A stretch of DNA of 64,000 nt from Malacoraja senta. Lineage: Eukaryota. Each line of letters starts with the position of its first letter. Within the stretch, counting starts at the first letter, position 1. The position numbers and the translations under genes are program-made. The DNA is taken from NCBI GenBank assembly GCA_038087875.1, contig CM075982.1, positions 59,768,001-59,832,000 on the forward strand, given 5' to 3'. Below, one piece after another: positions 62,419 through 64,000 of this stretch. Under the pieces are notes generated by a model that did not search any database, was not told the DNA's origin, and worked only from the letters and a program-made list of their open reading frames with translations.

Positions 62419-64000
62419 CAATTATGGTTTAGTAAGTAAAACACAGTCCATATGATGCAATATAGTGTAACACTTCTTGGTATGTTATAGTGAGAAGGAT
62501 TCATAAATGCCTGAACTCATCAGATAACTGATTTCTCTTGAGTTTTGGGGAATAGGTTGCAAATCACTGCCCTTAGAGAATACGGGAATAACTGACAGCC
62601 TCTTCAGGATTTCCAAGTTAAACGACACATTGGCAGAAATCCTGAAGTTTCACTCTTGCCACATTCGCAAAATCCAAGCGCTTGAGTACTGTTGGTGTGA
62701 CCTTCCAGGGTGTATAAAAGTAGGCAATGCTGGGGGAATTCATACAGGGAAATCCTGAGTTCAATTTACAGGTTCATTTGAAAATTAGCTTATTGTCGGT
62801 GGTTAGTTTGGTCTTGGCCATTTCCTTTGGACTACACTAGATGGCAACACAACACCTTAGCATGCAAGTTTGAAAAATGAGCAGCTATGCTGAGGCTGTG
62901 GGGTGGGCAGGTCTTGTGTTTCACTGTTAATCACTCGCCTTGTCACATTGGTAAGGTGTCAGTTGTAGGTAGGTATCTGTGTTATTCAGTCTGCAATTAA
63001 ATAATTATAGCTTGTCACTGGCATTTGGCAGGCCATTATTTTATGCCTCAGCTGACTGATTGGAATATCCACACAGAGAAAGTCCATTATAATATTCACC
63101 ATTACAATTTTTCAAAATATCATTTATGTAGTTAATATGTTGTAAATGTACTTGCATCTTAAATCTGCAGAAGACTCATGGAACCATGGTCGGTGTTGTG
63201 ATTATTTCTTTTGGCTGCTTGTCCCCATCTTTGCCTATTTCACTTTTATTTATTCACTTAAGTCACGCTTCTCCATGCATTAATCTGAAGGGTGTGAAAC
63301 AGACTATTAAGCTTCCAATGCTTTCTGATAGTAAAGATGGATAGGCATCCTTTTATAAAAGTGTTGCTCTCATACTTCAGAACATACCTCAGTTTAAGGA
63401 TTCTGATTGTATTGTTTTATCAAGCACACAGCTCTTAATTTGTTTTTAATGTGAGCAGTTCTGGGAAGGATAGCATTTATTGCTCATCCCTAATCATTCT
63501 TGAGAAGATGTGGAGGATCACTCTTTCAAGGTACTGAAGTCCTTGTTTTGAAGAGAAGTGCTTTAAAATAAGAAACTCAAACATTTTGACTCTGACAGTG
63601 AAGGAATAACAATATATATTCAGGATTTACTGGGAAAAATACTGTAACTGGAGATAATGGTGTTTCAATTTACCTGCTATCCTTGGTGGTGGCAGTGGGG
63701 AAGTTGAGATGGAAGTTGAGAAGTACTGTCAAATAATTCTCGGTGAGTGGTTCCACGATATCTTTGTGGATTCCATCACACTTTGCTATGTTAACTTTAT
63801 TTTGGGAAGACAGGAAAAAGAAGCCCAAAATGGATTTAATGTCAGTTAATGTTTATCTGCACTAAACAGAGAAATGGCTGAAAACAACCTACAGGTCAGG
63901 CAGCATCTGTAGAAAGAGAAACAGGGTTGACATTTTCGGTAATAGACCTTTAATTTAATGGAAAGTCATAGAATTGAAATATGAACTCTTTCACTCAGCC

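Overview
Vertebrate genomic DNA, very probably a cartilaginous fish (skate/ray-like; inferred from the HE1/V-SINE and CR1 repeat content). There are three N-gaps. One host gene is recognisable: PFDN4 (prefoldin subunit 4), minus strand, 4 coding exons, 134 aa, 25947-42184. The rest is intergenic or intronic DNA packed with transposable elements: HE1-like V-SINEs, CR1 and Rex/Babar LINE fragments, Penelope-like elements with minimal hammerhead ribozymes, a near full-length Vingi-like LINE, three non-autonomous Helitrons with internal minisatellites, a decayed Tc1, a Harbinger MITE, a hAT-like element and three solo LTRs. The most notable signal is a 138-nt TSD-flanked retroposon in PFDN4 intron 3 (27027-27164, minus). 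Its first 54 nt fold into a complete minimal HDV/CPEB3-like self-cleaving ribozyme, and its (AAG)n tail matches the Vingi-like LINE in the same window. That LINE carries a degenerate version of the same ribozyme core in its 5' UTR.
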